Source: Nemertoderma westbladi
Taxonomy: Eukaryota > Animalia > Xenacoelomorpha
Assembly (NCBI GenBank): GCA_032718475.1
Contig: JAUCBJ010007900.1
Coordinates: 113,353 to 177,352 of the forward strand
Direction: 5' to 3'
Length of the DNA stretch: 64,000 bases
Part shown: in pieces, positions 11,878 through 24,400 of the stretch
How positions within the stretch are numbered: the first letter of the stretch is position 1
How the letters are laid out: the number at the start of each line of letters is the position of its first letter
The notes under the pieces: model-generated
Database searches by the model: none
What the model was told of the DNA's origin: nothing
What the model saw: the letters and a program-made list of their open reading frames with translations, nothing else
Position numbers and translations under genes: made by a program

Positions 11878-13692
11878 TTGTGTTAGCTATCATGAGGGTT
11901 GAGGGCTCGTGTTAACTATCATGAGGTGAGTGCTCGTGTTTGCTACCACGAGGGTTCGTATTATCTTTTACGAGGGCTCGTGTTAGCTATCATGAGGGCT
12001 CGTATTAGCTATCATGAGGTGAGGGAACGTATTTGCTCCCACGAGGGCTCGTGTTAGCTATCATGAGGGCTCGTGTTAGCTATCATGAGGGCTCGTGTTA
12101 GCTATCATGAGGGCTCGTGTTAGCTCTTAGCTATCATGAGGGCTCGTGTTGCTATCATGTGGTGAGGGCTCGTGTTTGCTACCTCGAGGGCTCGTGTTAG
12201 CTATAATGTGGGCTCGTGTTAGCTATCACGAGGGCTCGTATTAGCTATCATGAGGGCTCGTGTTAGCTATCATGAGGTGAGGGCTCGTATTTGCTCCCAC
12301 GAGGGCTCGTGTTAGCTATCATGAGGGCCCGTGTTAGCTATCATGGGGGCTCGTGTTAGCTATCATGAGGGTTCGTGTTAGCTCTTAGCTATCATGAGGG
12401 CTCGTGTTGCTATCATGTGGTGAGGGCTCGTGTTTGCTACCTCGAGGGCTCGTGTTAGCTATAATGTGGGCTCGTGTTAGCTATCACGAGGGCTCGTATT
12501 AGCTATCATGAGGGCTCGTGTTAGCTATCATGAAGTGATGGCTCGTATTTGCTCCCACGAGGGCTCGTGTTAGCTATCATGTGGGCTCGTGTTAGCTGTC
12601 ACGAGGGCTCGTATTAGATATCATGAGGGCTGGTGTTAGCTATCATGTGGGCTCGTGTTAGCTATCATGAGGTGAGGGCTCGTATTTGCTCCCACGAGGG
12701 CTCGTGTTAGCTATCATGTGGGCTCGTGTTAGCTATCATGAGGTGAGGGTTCGTATTTGCTCCCATGAGGGCTCGTGTTAGATATCATGTGGGCTCGTGT
12801 TAGCTATCACGAGGGCTCGTATTAGCTCTCATGAGGGCTCGTGTTAGCTATCATGAGAGCTCGTGTTAGCTATCATGAGGTGAGGGCTCGTATTTGCTCC
12901 CACGAGGGCTCGTGTTAGCTATCATGTTGGTTCGTGTTAGCTATCATGTGGGCTCGTGTTAGCTATCACGAGGGCTCATATTAGCTATCATGAGGGCTCG
13001 TGTTAGCTATCACGAGGGCTCGTATTAGCTATCATGATGGCCCGTTTTAGCTCTTAGCTACCACGAGGGCTCGTGTTAGCTATCATGAGGGGTCGTGTTA
13101 GCTATCATGAGGGCTCGTGTTAACTATCATGAGGCTCGTGTTAGCTATCATGAGGGCTCGTGATAGCTATCATGAAGTGAGGGCTCGTATTTGCTCCCAC
13201 GAGGACTCGTGTTAGCTATCATGTGGGCTCGTGTTAGCTATCATGTGGGCTTGTGTTATCTATCATGAGGGCTCGTATTAGCTATCATGAGGTGAGGGCT
13301 CGTGTTTGCTCCCACGAGGGATCGTGTTAGCAATCATGAGGGCTCGTGTTAGCTATCATGTGGACTTGTGTTAGCTATCATGATGGCTTGTGTTAGCTGT
13401 CATGAGGGCACGTATTAGCTATCATGGGGTGAGGGCTCGTGTTCGCTCCCACGAGGGCTCGTGTTAGCTAGCATGGGGGCTCGTATTACCTATCATGTGG
13501 GCTCGTGTTAGCTATCATGTGGACTTGTGTTAGCTATCATGTGGGCTCGTGTTAGCTATCATGAGGGATCGTGTTAGCTCTTAGCTACCACGAGGGCTCG
13601 TGTTAGCTATCATGAGGTGAGGCCTCGTGTTCGTGTTAGCTATCATGAGGTGAGGACTCGTGTTTGCTATCATGAGGGCTCGTGCCAGCTAA
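11878..13692 (+). repeat. 22-bp minisatellite (GAGGGCTCGTGTTAGCTATCAT), ~80 units with recurring variants
   Basis: Period 22 (12061 to 12083); recurring variant GAGGT+GAGGGCTCGTATTTGCTCCCAC; ~250-bp block duplication around 12040-12530. Confidence 0.95.
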
Positions 13693-13749
13693 CAGGAGAG
13701 CCAGGGAATAACGACGATACAGTATACTCTTTAGTTTTTGTAGTACAGT

Positions 13750-14010
13750 GAGACAGGGGGGGAAACTGGACGCAAAACCCGCCTTGGCGAATTAATATCC
13801 CGCCTCAATGTTAAATTCTAAATTTAGGGAGAGGAGCAAGTTACAGTGGCACGTTATTTTAACCAAAACAATAAACTAATCACAATAGAACAGGTTACAG
13901 TTTTATTTTTGAGAATAATCAGCTGTTATTTGCGTCGAATTTCCCCTGGAGAGGGATGAATTTGTATTGCGTCCAGTTCCCCCCCCCCCCCCTCTCCCCC
14001 CCTATCTGAG
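13750..14010 (+). repeat. Dispersed MITE-like repeat, copy B, with terminal inverted repeats
   Basis: GGGGGGGAAACTGGACGCAA ... TTGCGTCCAGTTCCCCCCC; homologous to 11046-11270. Confidence 0.7.
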
Positions 14011-14554
14011 TACAGTTCTACTTGTATTAGGCTACTTTGCTATTGTTTATACATGGCACTGAATGTTCATTATTATTAGTAGTAGTATTAGCGTAATGAA
14101 TTACCAGAAAACGCATATGTAATTAGATATTTAATTGATTGGAATTCGCATATGTTAATGTTAATTATATACTTGGCATAGTATGTACAGTAGGCCTATG
14201 AGTTGAGGTCATTCTTAACAACCACTTTGTTAGGTAATCTCAATTTTGGCTCAGTAAGTTCTGATTTGCTTTTGATGATAAAGTTATTTACTGCTGATGA
14301 TGCGATTTGTGATTAGCTTTGTGTTTCATTTGCTCTGTTTAGTTTATTTAATAATAAATTTTAAAAAGTACAGTAATATTCATCGTCTTGTTTTATAATA
14401 TAATACATGGAAAACAAATAAAGCTTTTTCCAGCTGACCCCGGATGTTGCATTTTCTGAGCGTGGATTACCGAATGAAGTTAAATACAACAAGGAGTGAT
14501 AGGGAAAGAAATGCATTTGTTTTCATCTAATATGTAATTTTATTTGACAAAATT

Positions 14555-14880
14555 GCCTTTTCACCACCCGCTATTGACTTTTTCACCTCCCGTTATTGAC
14601 TTTTCACCTTCCATAATTAACTTTTTCACCTCCCTCCCTCCGTTATTGACTTTTTCACCCCCGTTATTGATTTTTTACCTCCCGTTATTGCCTTTTTCAC
14701 CTTCCGTTATTACTTTTTCGCCTCCCTCCCTCCCGTTATTGACTTATTCACCCCCGTTATTGACTTTTTCACCTCCCGTTATTGCCTTTATCACACCCCG
14801 TTATTGCCTTTTCACATCCGGTTATTGCCTTTTTCACCTCCCGTTATTGCCCTTTTCATCTCCCGTTATTGCCCTTTCAT
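14555..14880 (+). repeat. Pyrimidine-rich ~21-22-bp minisatellite (TTTTCACCTCCCGTTATTGAC/GCC)
   Basis: About 15 degenerate copies of CCCGTTATTG.C.TTTTCAC. Confidence 0.85.
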
Positions 14881-15310
14881 CTATACGTGCTCGCAGTAAA
14901 CCATTGCGGGGATTGCCGCGTCGCTTCCAGGTTCTTCCGGTAGACGTTGGATGGATATGGGTGTGTCTTAAGTACCAGTTTGGTTACCAGAAACATAACG
15001 AATTACTGCCACTGAATGGTAATCCGAATAGCAGCTACAGTATACTGTAGACCTACAACAGTATTAGTCCACGAAATACTGAATCTTATATAATAAAAAT
15101 ATTATATTATAATAATAATATTATAAAAATAAGTTGCCTTTATTTCAATTACATCCCTCTTCTATATTTGTTGGGATAAAGTCCAATCTTTATTCTTGAA
15201 AAGTCAGCTTTAAATCTGCAGGAAAGGCAACTTTGTGGACTAAATTTATATTATATTTCATTGTATTCATTATGTAAATATTCCAGTGGTTTGTGTTTAT
15301 TTTTGTGACA

Positions 15311-15472
15311 ATGCAGAGCAAATACGTGTCGGTTCCCAGTCACGCATCCACTCCGAGGTCATCCTCTTTCAATTGGAGAACCCCTGTCCCTTCGGTTACA
15401 AACTCAACTACAAGTCTCAAAGCCAAATGGGAAGAAGAGGAAAAGGAAGAAAGAGCAAAGAGAGCCAAAAAG
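15311..15472 (+). CDS. Host gene coding exon 1 (MQSKYVSVPSHASTPR...EEEEKEERAKRAKK)
   Basis: Acceptor TTCCAG at 15286 (frame also open from 15287), ATG at 15311, donor AAG|GTAATA, phase 0. Confidence 0.65.
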
Positions 15473-18400
15473 GTAATAACTAGAAGTACCGCTGGTTTTA
15501 CTACTGGGAGTGATATCTGATAGGAGCTGTTGGTGAAGTATCACTATCTCTTTCGTGCAAAGAATTTATGCTCTGACTCTTTCTCCCATAGGGCGCATTA
15601 AGAGCGAAAAGATAATTTTTAGCCTGATGATCTAGCATCAAATGAAGTCTGATTATTGAGCAATTCTATATGCCTGTTCCGCATATAAAAGAAAAAATAT
15701 TGAAAAAAGTTAATTTTTCCCTATATTTTTTTCTTCTGTCAATTATACTTTTTTTTAATTGCACGATATACAAATAGGGCCTACACAATTTCAATTATAA
15801 TTAATATAGTGATTAATGACAATCCGCCATAAGTTAATAAGCTGTACGGTATTTAATCATATTAATTAAATGTATTACATATATTTTCCAGAAAGCTGAC
15901 AGAATTTTCAAAGAATTGAAAATACTTAGGGATCTTTCGGAAGAGAAATATATTGAGACTGTTCGAAAACAAACCGAACAAAAGAGATTGTCTATAAAGT
16001 TAGTAACGCAATTACCGATTGTCTGCCCTACTTCAGTAGTTGAAGTTGTGTCACAGGAAGTAGGCCTGGCCTTTCTCACTAGTTTAGGGAAGTTAGTGTA
16101 ACAGAGTAGGCCTGGCCTTTCTCACTAGTTTAGGGAAGTTAGTGTTACAGGAAGTAGTCTGGCCTTTCTCAGTAGTTAGGGAAGTTACTGGTACAGGAAG
16201 TAGACCTGGCCTTTCTCACTAGTTTTGGGAAGTTAGTGTTACAGGAAGTAGTCTGGCCTTTCTCAGTAGTTAGGGAAGTTACTGGTACAGGAAGTAGACC
16301 TGGCCTTTCTCACTAGTTTTGGGAAGTTAGTGTTACAGAGTAGGCCTGGCCTTTCTCACTAGTTTAGGGAAGTTAGTGTTACAGAGTAGACCTGGCCTTT
16401 CTCACTAGTTATATAAGTTAGTGTTACAGGAACGGTAGGCCTGGCCTTTCTCAGTAGTTAGGGAAGTTATTGTTACAGGAAATCGACCTGGCCTTTCTCA
16501 GTAGTTAGGGAAGTTAGTGTTACAGGAACGGTAGACCTGGCCTTTCTCAGTAGTTAGGGAAATTAGTGTTTCAGGAAGTAGACCTGGCCTTTCTCAGTAG
16601 TTAGGGAAGTTACTGGTACAGGAAGTAGACCTGGCCTTTCTCACTAGTTATATAAGTTAGTGTTACGGGAAGTAGACCTGGCCTTTCTCAGTAGTTAGGG
16701 AAGTTAGTGTTACAGGAAGTAGTCTGGCCTTTCTCTGTAGTTAGGGAAGTTAGTGTTACAGGAACGGTAGACCTGGCCTTTCTCAGTAGTTAGGGAAGTT
16801 AGTGTTACAGGAAGTAGACATGGCCTTTCTCAGTATTTAGGGAAGTTAGTGTTACAGGAAGTAGTCTGGCCTTTCTCAGAAGTTAGGGAAGTTATTGTTA
16901 CAGGAAGTAGACCTGGCCTTTCTCAGTAGTTAGGGAAGTTAGTGTTACAGGAAGTAGTCTGGCCTTTCTCTGTAGTTAGGGAAGTTAGTGTTACAGGAAC
17001 GGTAGACCTGGCCTTTCTCAGTAGTTAGGGAAATTAGTGTTTCAGGAAGTAGACCTGCCTTTCTCAGTGGTTAGGGAAGCTATTGTTACAGGAAGTAGAC
17101 CTGGCCTTTCTCAGTAGTTAGGGAAGTTAGTGTTACAGGAAGTAGTCTGGTCTTTCTCAGTAGTTAGGGAAGTTACTGGTACAGGAAGTAGACCTGGCCT
17201 TTCTCAGTAGTTAGGGAAGTTAGTGTTACAGGAAGTAGTCTGGCCTTTCTCAGTAGTTAGGGAAGTTAGTGTTTTTAGGAAGTAGACCTGGCCTTTCTCA
17301 GTAGTTAGGGAAGTTAGTGTTACAGGAAGTAGTCTTGGCCTTTCTCAGTAGTTAGGGAAGTTAGTGTTACAGGAAGTAGTCTGGCCTTTCTCAGTAGTTA
17401 GGGAAGTTAGTGTTACAGGAAGTAGACCTGGCCATTCTCAGTAGTTAGGGAAGTTACTGGTACAGGAAGTAGACCTGGCCTTTCTCAGTAGTTAGGGAAG
17501 TTAGTGTTACAGGAAGTAGTCTGGCCTTTCTCAGTAGTTAGGGAAGTTAGTGTTTTTAGGAAGTAGACCTGGCCTTTCTCAGTAGTTAGGGAAGTTAGTG
17601 TTACAGGAAGTAGTTTGGCCTTTCTCAGTAGTTAGGGAAGTTAGTGTTACAGGAAGTAGTCTGGCCTTTCTCAGTAGTTAGGGAAGTTACTGTTACAGGA
17701 AGTAGACCTGGCCTTTCTCAGTAGTTAGGGAAGTTAGTGTTACAGGAAGTAGTCTGGCCTTTCTCAGTAGTTAGGGAAGTTAGTGTTTTTAGGAAGTAGA
17801 CCTGGCCTTTCTCACTAGTTAGGGAAGTTACTGGTACAGGAAGTAGACCTGGCCTTTCTCAGTAGTTAGGGAAGTTAGTGTTACAGGAAGTAGTCTGGCC
17901 TTTCTCAGTAGTTAGGGAAGTTAGTGTTTTTAGGAAGTAGACCTGGCCTTTCTCAGTAGTTAGGGAAGTTAGTGTTACAGGAAGTAGACCTGGCCTTTCT
18001 CAGTAGTTAGGGAAGTTAGTGTTACAGGAAGTAGTCTGGCCTTTCTCAGTAGTTAGGGAAGTTAGTGTTTGTAGGAAGTAGACCTGGCCTTTCTCAGTAG
18101 TTAGGGAAGTTACTGGTACAGGAAGTAGACCTGGCCTTTCTCAGTAGTTAGGGAAGTTAGTGTTACAGGAAGTAGTCTGGCCTTTCTCAGTAGTTAGGGA
18201 AGTTAGTGTTACAGGAAGTAGTCTGGCCTTTCTCAGTAGTTAGGGAAGTTAGTGTTAGAGGAAGTAGACCTGGCCTTTCTCAGTAGTTAGGGAAGTTACT
18301 GGTACAGGAAGTAGACCTGGCCTTTCTCAGTAGTTAGGGAAGTTAGTGTTACAGGAAGTAGTCTGGCCTTTCTCAGTAGTTAGGGAAGTTAGTGTTACAG

Positions 18401-21400
18401 GAAGTAGACCTGGCCTTTCTCAGTAGTTAGGGAAGTTACTGGTACAGGAAGTAGACCTGGCCTTTCTCAGTAGTTAGGGAAGTTAGTGTTACAGGAAGTA
18501 GTTTGGCCTTTCTCAGTAGTTAGGGAAGTTAGTGTTACAGGAAGTAGTTTGGCCTTTCTCAGTAGTTAGGGAAGTTAGTGTTACAGGAAGTAGTCTGGCC
18601 TTTCTCAGTAGTTAGGGAAGTTAGTGTTACAGGAAGTAGACCTGGCCTTTCTCAGTAGTTAGGGAAGTTAGTGTTACAGGAAGTAGTCTGGCCTTTCTCA
18701 GTAGTTAGGGAAGTTACTGGTAAGGGAAGTAGACCTGGCCTTTCTCAGTAGTTAGGGAAGTTAGTGTTACAGGAAGTAGTCTGGCCTTTCTCAGTAGTTA
18801 GGGAAGTTAGTGTTACAGGAAGTAGTCTGGCCTTTTTCAGTAGTTAGGGAAGTTAGTGTTACAGGAACGGTAGGCCTGGCCTTTCTCAGTAGTTAGGGAA
18901 GTTACTGGTACAGGAAGTAGACCTGGCCTTTCTCAGTAGTTAGGGAAGTTAGTGTTACAGGAAGTAGACCTGGCCTTTCTCAGTAGTTATATAAGTTAGT
19001 GTTGCAGGAAGTAGACCTGGCCTTTCTCAGTAGTTAGGGAAGTTATTGTTACAGGAAGTAGACCTGGCCTTTCTCACTACTGCCCTGGTCGCAGTAAATA
19101 GGCCCGGCATTCTTCTGGGTTAGACACAACTCCGAAGTGTATGGCAGAGGACGTCATTGTGTTTGCGCTTTTCAAAAATGAAAACAACAAACTAAACTTA
19201 AGAACCCAAATTACAAGTTAATTTCTGTCGTCGGGTTATTGTTTTCCGATATTAATTCAGCCTTGTTAACACATGCTATTTAACATCGTTCCACCACCCG
19301 CCATTCCCCGTTATTTATAATCATAATTTAAACGTCCGAGTTATTCGAGATAATAATTTTACAGGAGATCAGAGGAAAAACATACCCGAGAGCACTTAGC
19401 AACGGCAGAAAACAAAGATGGTCATAAACAACGACTTCGGCGGCATCCCTTAAAGAACAATCGGGATTACCTCGACAACATAGAACAATCTCACATGTAC
19501 AAGGTTGGCGTTAAATAAATATTCCAAATGAAGCTTGAAAAAAAGGAGTGCAGCTGTATGCTAGTGGGGGGCAATAAACACATTGTTGAACAATTCTAAC
19601 GGTATTAACTGTTCTAGTAAATTTCTCGTGCTTCTAGGTTTTTCAAACATAAGCGACATTGTGATTACTACAGTAATACTACAGTGCTATGGGACTTATT
19701 TTAGTATCGGAGCCACAATATTCTAATATCCAGCTTAGAATCTGATCGCTCAAAACGTTGTACCACTTTATCCCCAGTAAATTAATTTTTTCTATTTTTT
19801 TTTCTAATTTTTTTCTTTTGTATTTTTTTCTCTGTTATTTTTCTGTAGCCTATTAGATCTTTAGAAAAAAAAAACAGACAAAGCAATCAAGGTAGTCGTG
19901 AAACAAATAATTATTCTCCCCATTTTATTCTTCCTCTCATGATAGTTCAAAATTCACAACTACCATGGCAACGACCCAAAGCACACCAAAGTTTGCTAAT
20001 TTCATCTCGGACTACTATTTCTATAACTTAGCTAAAATTCCCATAGGACTAGAAAGTATTCCATGAAACTATGTCATTAAAGTGATGTACTTGGTAGGAG
20101 TGAAATATTTTATTCAGAAAAACTATAATGTATTAGCAAAGCGCAAAATACGAGTAAATAAATATAAGATTTAAAGATTGTCATGTCGAGCTACCATCAG
20201 CATGACGTGCGAGCGATCGGGTTGAAGTTTGATTACACCAAAATTCACCAGTACCTGTTTATACGAGACTGGTTAATTTTACTCAGTCAGTATATTGGGT
20301 CTACAATCAACGACGTCGACGCTAGTTGCATATACAAACGCCACCACAATGAGTGAGAAAACGAAAAATTAAGATATTCAATAAAATAAATTTATTATAA
20401 TATTAAATAGATTCCTCAGTTTAGGGCCTCCTTCTTTAAACATTTCATAGGTAAATCTTAGCTATTTGTCCGTATTCCATGAAAGTGACGTCACTAAACT
20501 CCGTAAGTCTGTAAGTGTGGAATATTATATTGAGTATAACTAGTATGTATTCACAAAGTGAAAAGAACGAGTAAATATTTGGTTTACATGTCCAATTGTG
20601 ATAATAAAATAAAATCCAAGCGATGGCGACAGTGAAGAAACTTCCCGAGAAAATATATAATTTTACTTTTATAGATTCCGCTTCACATCCCCGCACTTTT
20701 TCGATGTATATTTGGCTCAGCATGTAGATATAGGAGAAGCCCATGAACAGTTCGAATGAGATTTCGTGAACGAAATAGTTTTCGCTTGAACTCACGTATG
20801 TTAGAGTGATCAAACAACTCTGTTCCATTTCATAACTGACGAAGTTAACCCAACAAAGCGGTTTGTACCACCATCGGTTTATCCTGGGGGCGCATCTCAA
20901 CTGAGTTGCGAGATACGCGATTCCCAGTAGGATACGCGGCGAGCTGTGCAAGGCGATGCAGATACGGAATATATAGCGTTCTGGAGTTCCATCGCCCACG
21001 GCAGCGCTGAGAGAAGGGAGAAAATTCGAGACGTTACAATGAGTCATAGTTGTCTCTTCGAAGTGAATGGCTAGAGAGATAGCTACGCATGCCATTAGAC
21101 TGCCTAGAGGTAGCAATGGTAAAATGTAGAGGTAGGTGGCAGGAAACTTTACCATTGGGACGATATCTCTCAGATGTTGTTGGTTCGCAGTGTATTTTCG
21201 TTTGGAATCATCAATTTGTTCATGATTATCAAACTCATCAATGATTCCTGGGTCTCCGTTATTAGAGTGTATTTTCTTATTAGATCTGTTCATTTCCACT
21301 TTTCTTTGTAAATAAAAGGGAATTGGAAAAATCTATAAAGTATAATTCAAAGGCAACATCAGTGAAATAAAATCTGATTGAATGTTTAACAGAATATATT

Positions 21401-24400
21401 TTCTGTCAAACGAATACGCAAACAAACAATAACAACAATATTATATACTTTATAGTAGTTTGATGTTTGTTTGTTTATGTTTGTTTGTTATATTTAAAAT
21501 AAATCTGCCTTAGTTGGGGAACTCAAAACAAGAGTCTTACACGTTACACCCCATAAACTACAAAAAAATATAGAATCAGGACATTAAGCCCAAATTAGTA
21601 CTCAGGCCCTAGGCCAATCAAAGGACACAATAAAAAAAAACAACAAACAAAACAAATATAATAACATGCTCCACATACAGGTATGTATCGCAACCCTAAC
21701 CCTAAACCTAACCGCCATGCGCTAAATGATACCGGTAGTAAACTGCACGAAACCTAAGCCTATATTCTATAAGAAAATATATGACAATTTTGTCGCCGTT
21801 TTGGGGAAAATTAACAGTTTGACAAGAAACAATAAACGCTCCTCAAAAGTTCCGGCTAAAAAACACTGGCTATCATTAAGAAAACACTTTATTCTCACCT
21901 CGGCAAAAATTTGCGCAGTTTAAGATATGTTTTAGAGTGCGCAATTATTAAAGTAATATATAAATTAACCATCGCCTTTTCACGAATGTTACAACGAACG
22001 GCTGTACATTATTAAGTTATATTATACTATGCTATATTACTAATGCTATACTAATACTAATACTATGCTATACTACTAATGCTATATTATACAAGTTATA
22101 TTACAGTATATATTACCAATGTAGGTGTCTCAACAACTTCATAGACCTATCTCTGAGGTTTAAACTTAGGCTAAAGTTTTCAAGATCAATAACATGCTTA
22201 CTTATTCTGTTTACACTGTTATATACCATCATCATAGAATTGATTGTGTTGGTTGAAACAAGGCAGTCATTCGCAAGAGACATGATGTCATACTGTTAAT
22301 TCAACATGTATGAATGTATAGTATGGAGTGGAGGGAGACATTCAACAGCACACTGCACACTGCCTGGATGAGAGGTGATGTGGGGACTCAGAACAGTGAA
22401 TTCGCTAAGCGAATGTACTGCCTTGCCTACATAATGTATGTAGTTATTGACTATTATTATTCTGACACTGCTGCAATAAACAATACCTATTACCTTTGTT
22501 AACATCTGTTTTAGTCGCAATTAGTCGTAAAGTTATATGGTAGACGTTTCTAAGGTGGCTCTGCACGGCCACTATGAGTCATGTCTGGACTAAATCTATC
22601 TACTGTACGGATAAGATCAAGGAAATACATTTATTTATTGATCTTACTTACAACTTCCGTAAGGGAATGAGATTCTATTAAAAGAGGGAAACGATGGGGA
22701 AGCAGCTATTAAAACAAATCAGACAGCAAACTTGGTGCAAATCTATTCTGTTAAAAGGTATGAAGCCGCTAGGGGGGACTTGAAAGTTTTTTAATCTACC
22801 GCAAAAGCCGAATTGTCTAAATTTTAAAACCTTTTCTAATTTCCGTAAAGCGAAATCTTGCCAGATAAAGTATAGACTACAGGCTGCATCGATGAGGTAG
22901 CGCTGCACCCACCGTCTGCGCAATTCCCCAGTTCCCAGTATCGAAAGTTGTCTGTCAAAAGTTTAGAAATGTTTCAAATATAATTTGCTTGGGGCGTTTG
23001 AGCAGCAGGAGTGTCACCGTCTATCGTTTTGGCTGCCTAATGGTTTGGAGTTCCGGAGTTTTGCATCAAATAGTGGGTCTTTCCTTCATGAAATTAAAAC
23101 AAACTTTATATGTTGCGTTGTCTATAAAAAGTTTTATAAATGTATATTTGGCGGGCCTTTCGCTCGTCACTTGAGCGACGGAATACACCTCGCATAATAT
23201 AAGTGAATGTGTCTCGTTCTGCGTGAAGAACGTTCCACGAACGTGTTGTCTGTAAGCGATAGAATTATTCGCCGGGAATTGTTTTTTATTTTTTTTAAAT
23301 ATATATCTATGTAACGGGATGTAGTGATAAACATACAGTACTATTATTAAAAAACAAAAAAGAAACAGTCATTAATTAAACAATGGGGTCGATAAGCCAA
23401 CTATGCTGTATTCTGTAATAGCCAAGAATACAGGCCATGTAGCTAAGATTTAGGGCATATTAGCGCAGTCTGAAGGTTTCAATAGGCTATATATGGGTTA
23501 TTCAATCTTTAGGTCCGCGTAGCGAGACCTCTTACTAGTATTCACTCCGTTGTTGTTGTTATTTTCTCGTTAGGTTTTGGTATTAACGCTAGATACCGTC
23601 CCAGTGGCTCAGTTGGCAGAGCGTGGGACATGGAATCTCTAGTTACTGAGTTCAATCACCCATTACGGTGAATGTTTTTTTGTTGTAAGATTGGTAGTAA
23701 GTCATTCAAGGAGGAGACAGTTCATGCGTTAGTAGACGCGGACCTTTGCTGCCCGATATCGCGCTTGTTATTATTGATAGTTAGACAATGTTTGTATAAT
23801 TATTAGTCGAATTATACTTCTAGTAAACTATATTTTGTAATTTGTTATGTTTGTACTGTTTGTAATTTGTTATGTTTGTACTGTTTGTAATTTTTTATGT
23901 TTGTACTGTTTGTACTGTTTGTAATTTATTATGTTTGTACTGTTTGTAATTTATATGTTTGTACTGTTTGTAATTTATTATGTTTGTACTATATTTATAC
24001 TTTTAAAGCTTGTTGTTTGCAATGTAAATTTATTACAAAATACAAATTTTAGATTTTAGGAGACCAAAAGGAGCATCAGAAAACCGGGAAAATTAAAGAT
24101 AATGACGACCTGGATACATTCTGGGAACATTACGATAAACCGAGTTGCTACAATTCATATATACGGGAACTGCCGAGTGAAGAATTGTGTAGTAAAGTTG
24201 ATAAACACAGAGGTGGGAACATTTGATAAACACAGAAGGCAAGAACAGATTGATAAACCTAGAGATAGGAACAGATTGATAAACACAGAGGTAGGAACAC
24301 CAAAACAGGTTGATAAACACAGAGGTAGAAAGAAGGAATAGGTTGATAAACACGAGGTAGGAACATAGTAACAGATTGATAAACACAGAGGGAGGAACAT

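Noticed and set aside
14544-15050. 168-aa Pro/Leu/Phe-rich ORF
   Set aside because: Translation of a pyrimidine-rich minisatellite.
21690-21715. Telomere-like AACCCTAACCCTAAACCTAACC
   Set aside because: Only 3-4 imperfect units; such tracts are common inside small transposons and this is not a telomeric array.
23595-23670. Functional tRNA gene
   Set aside because: Stems pair poorly and it lies inside a repeat-like element; kept only as a pseudo-tRNA.
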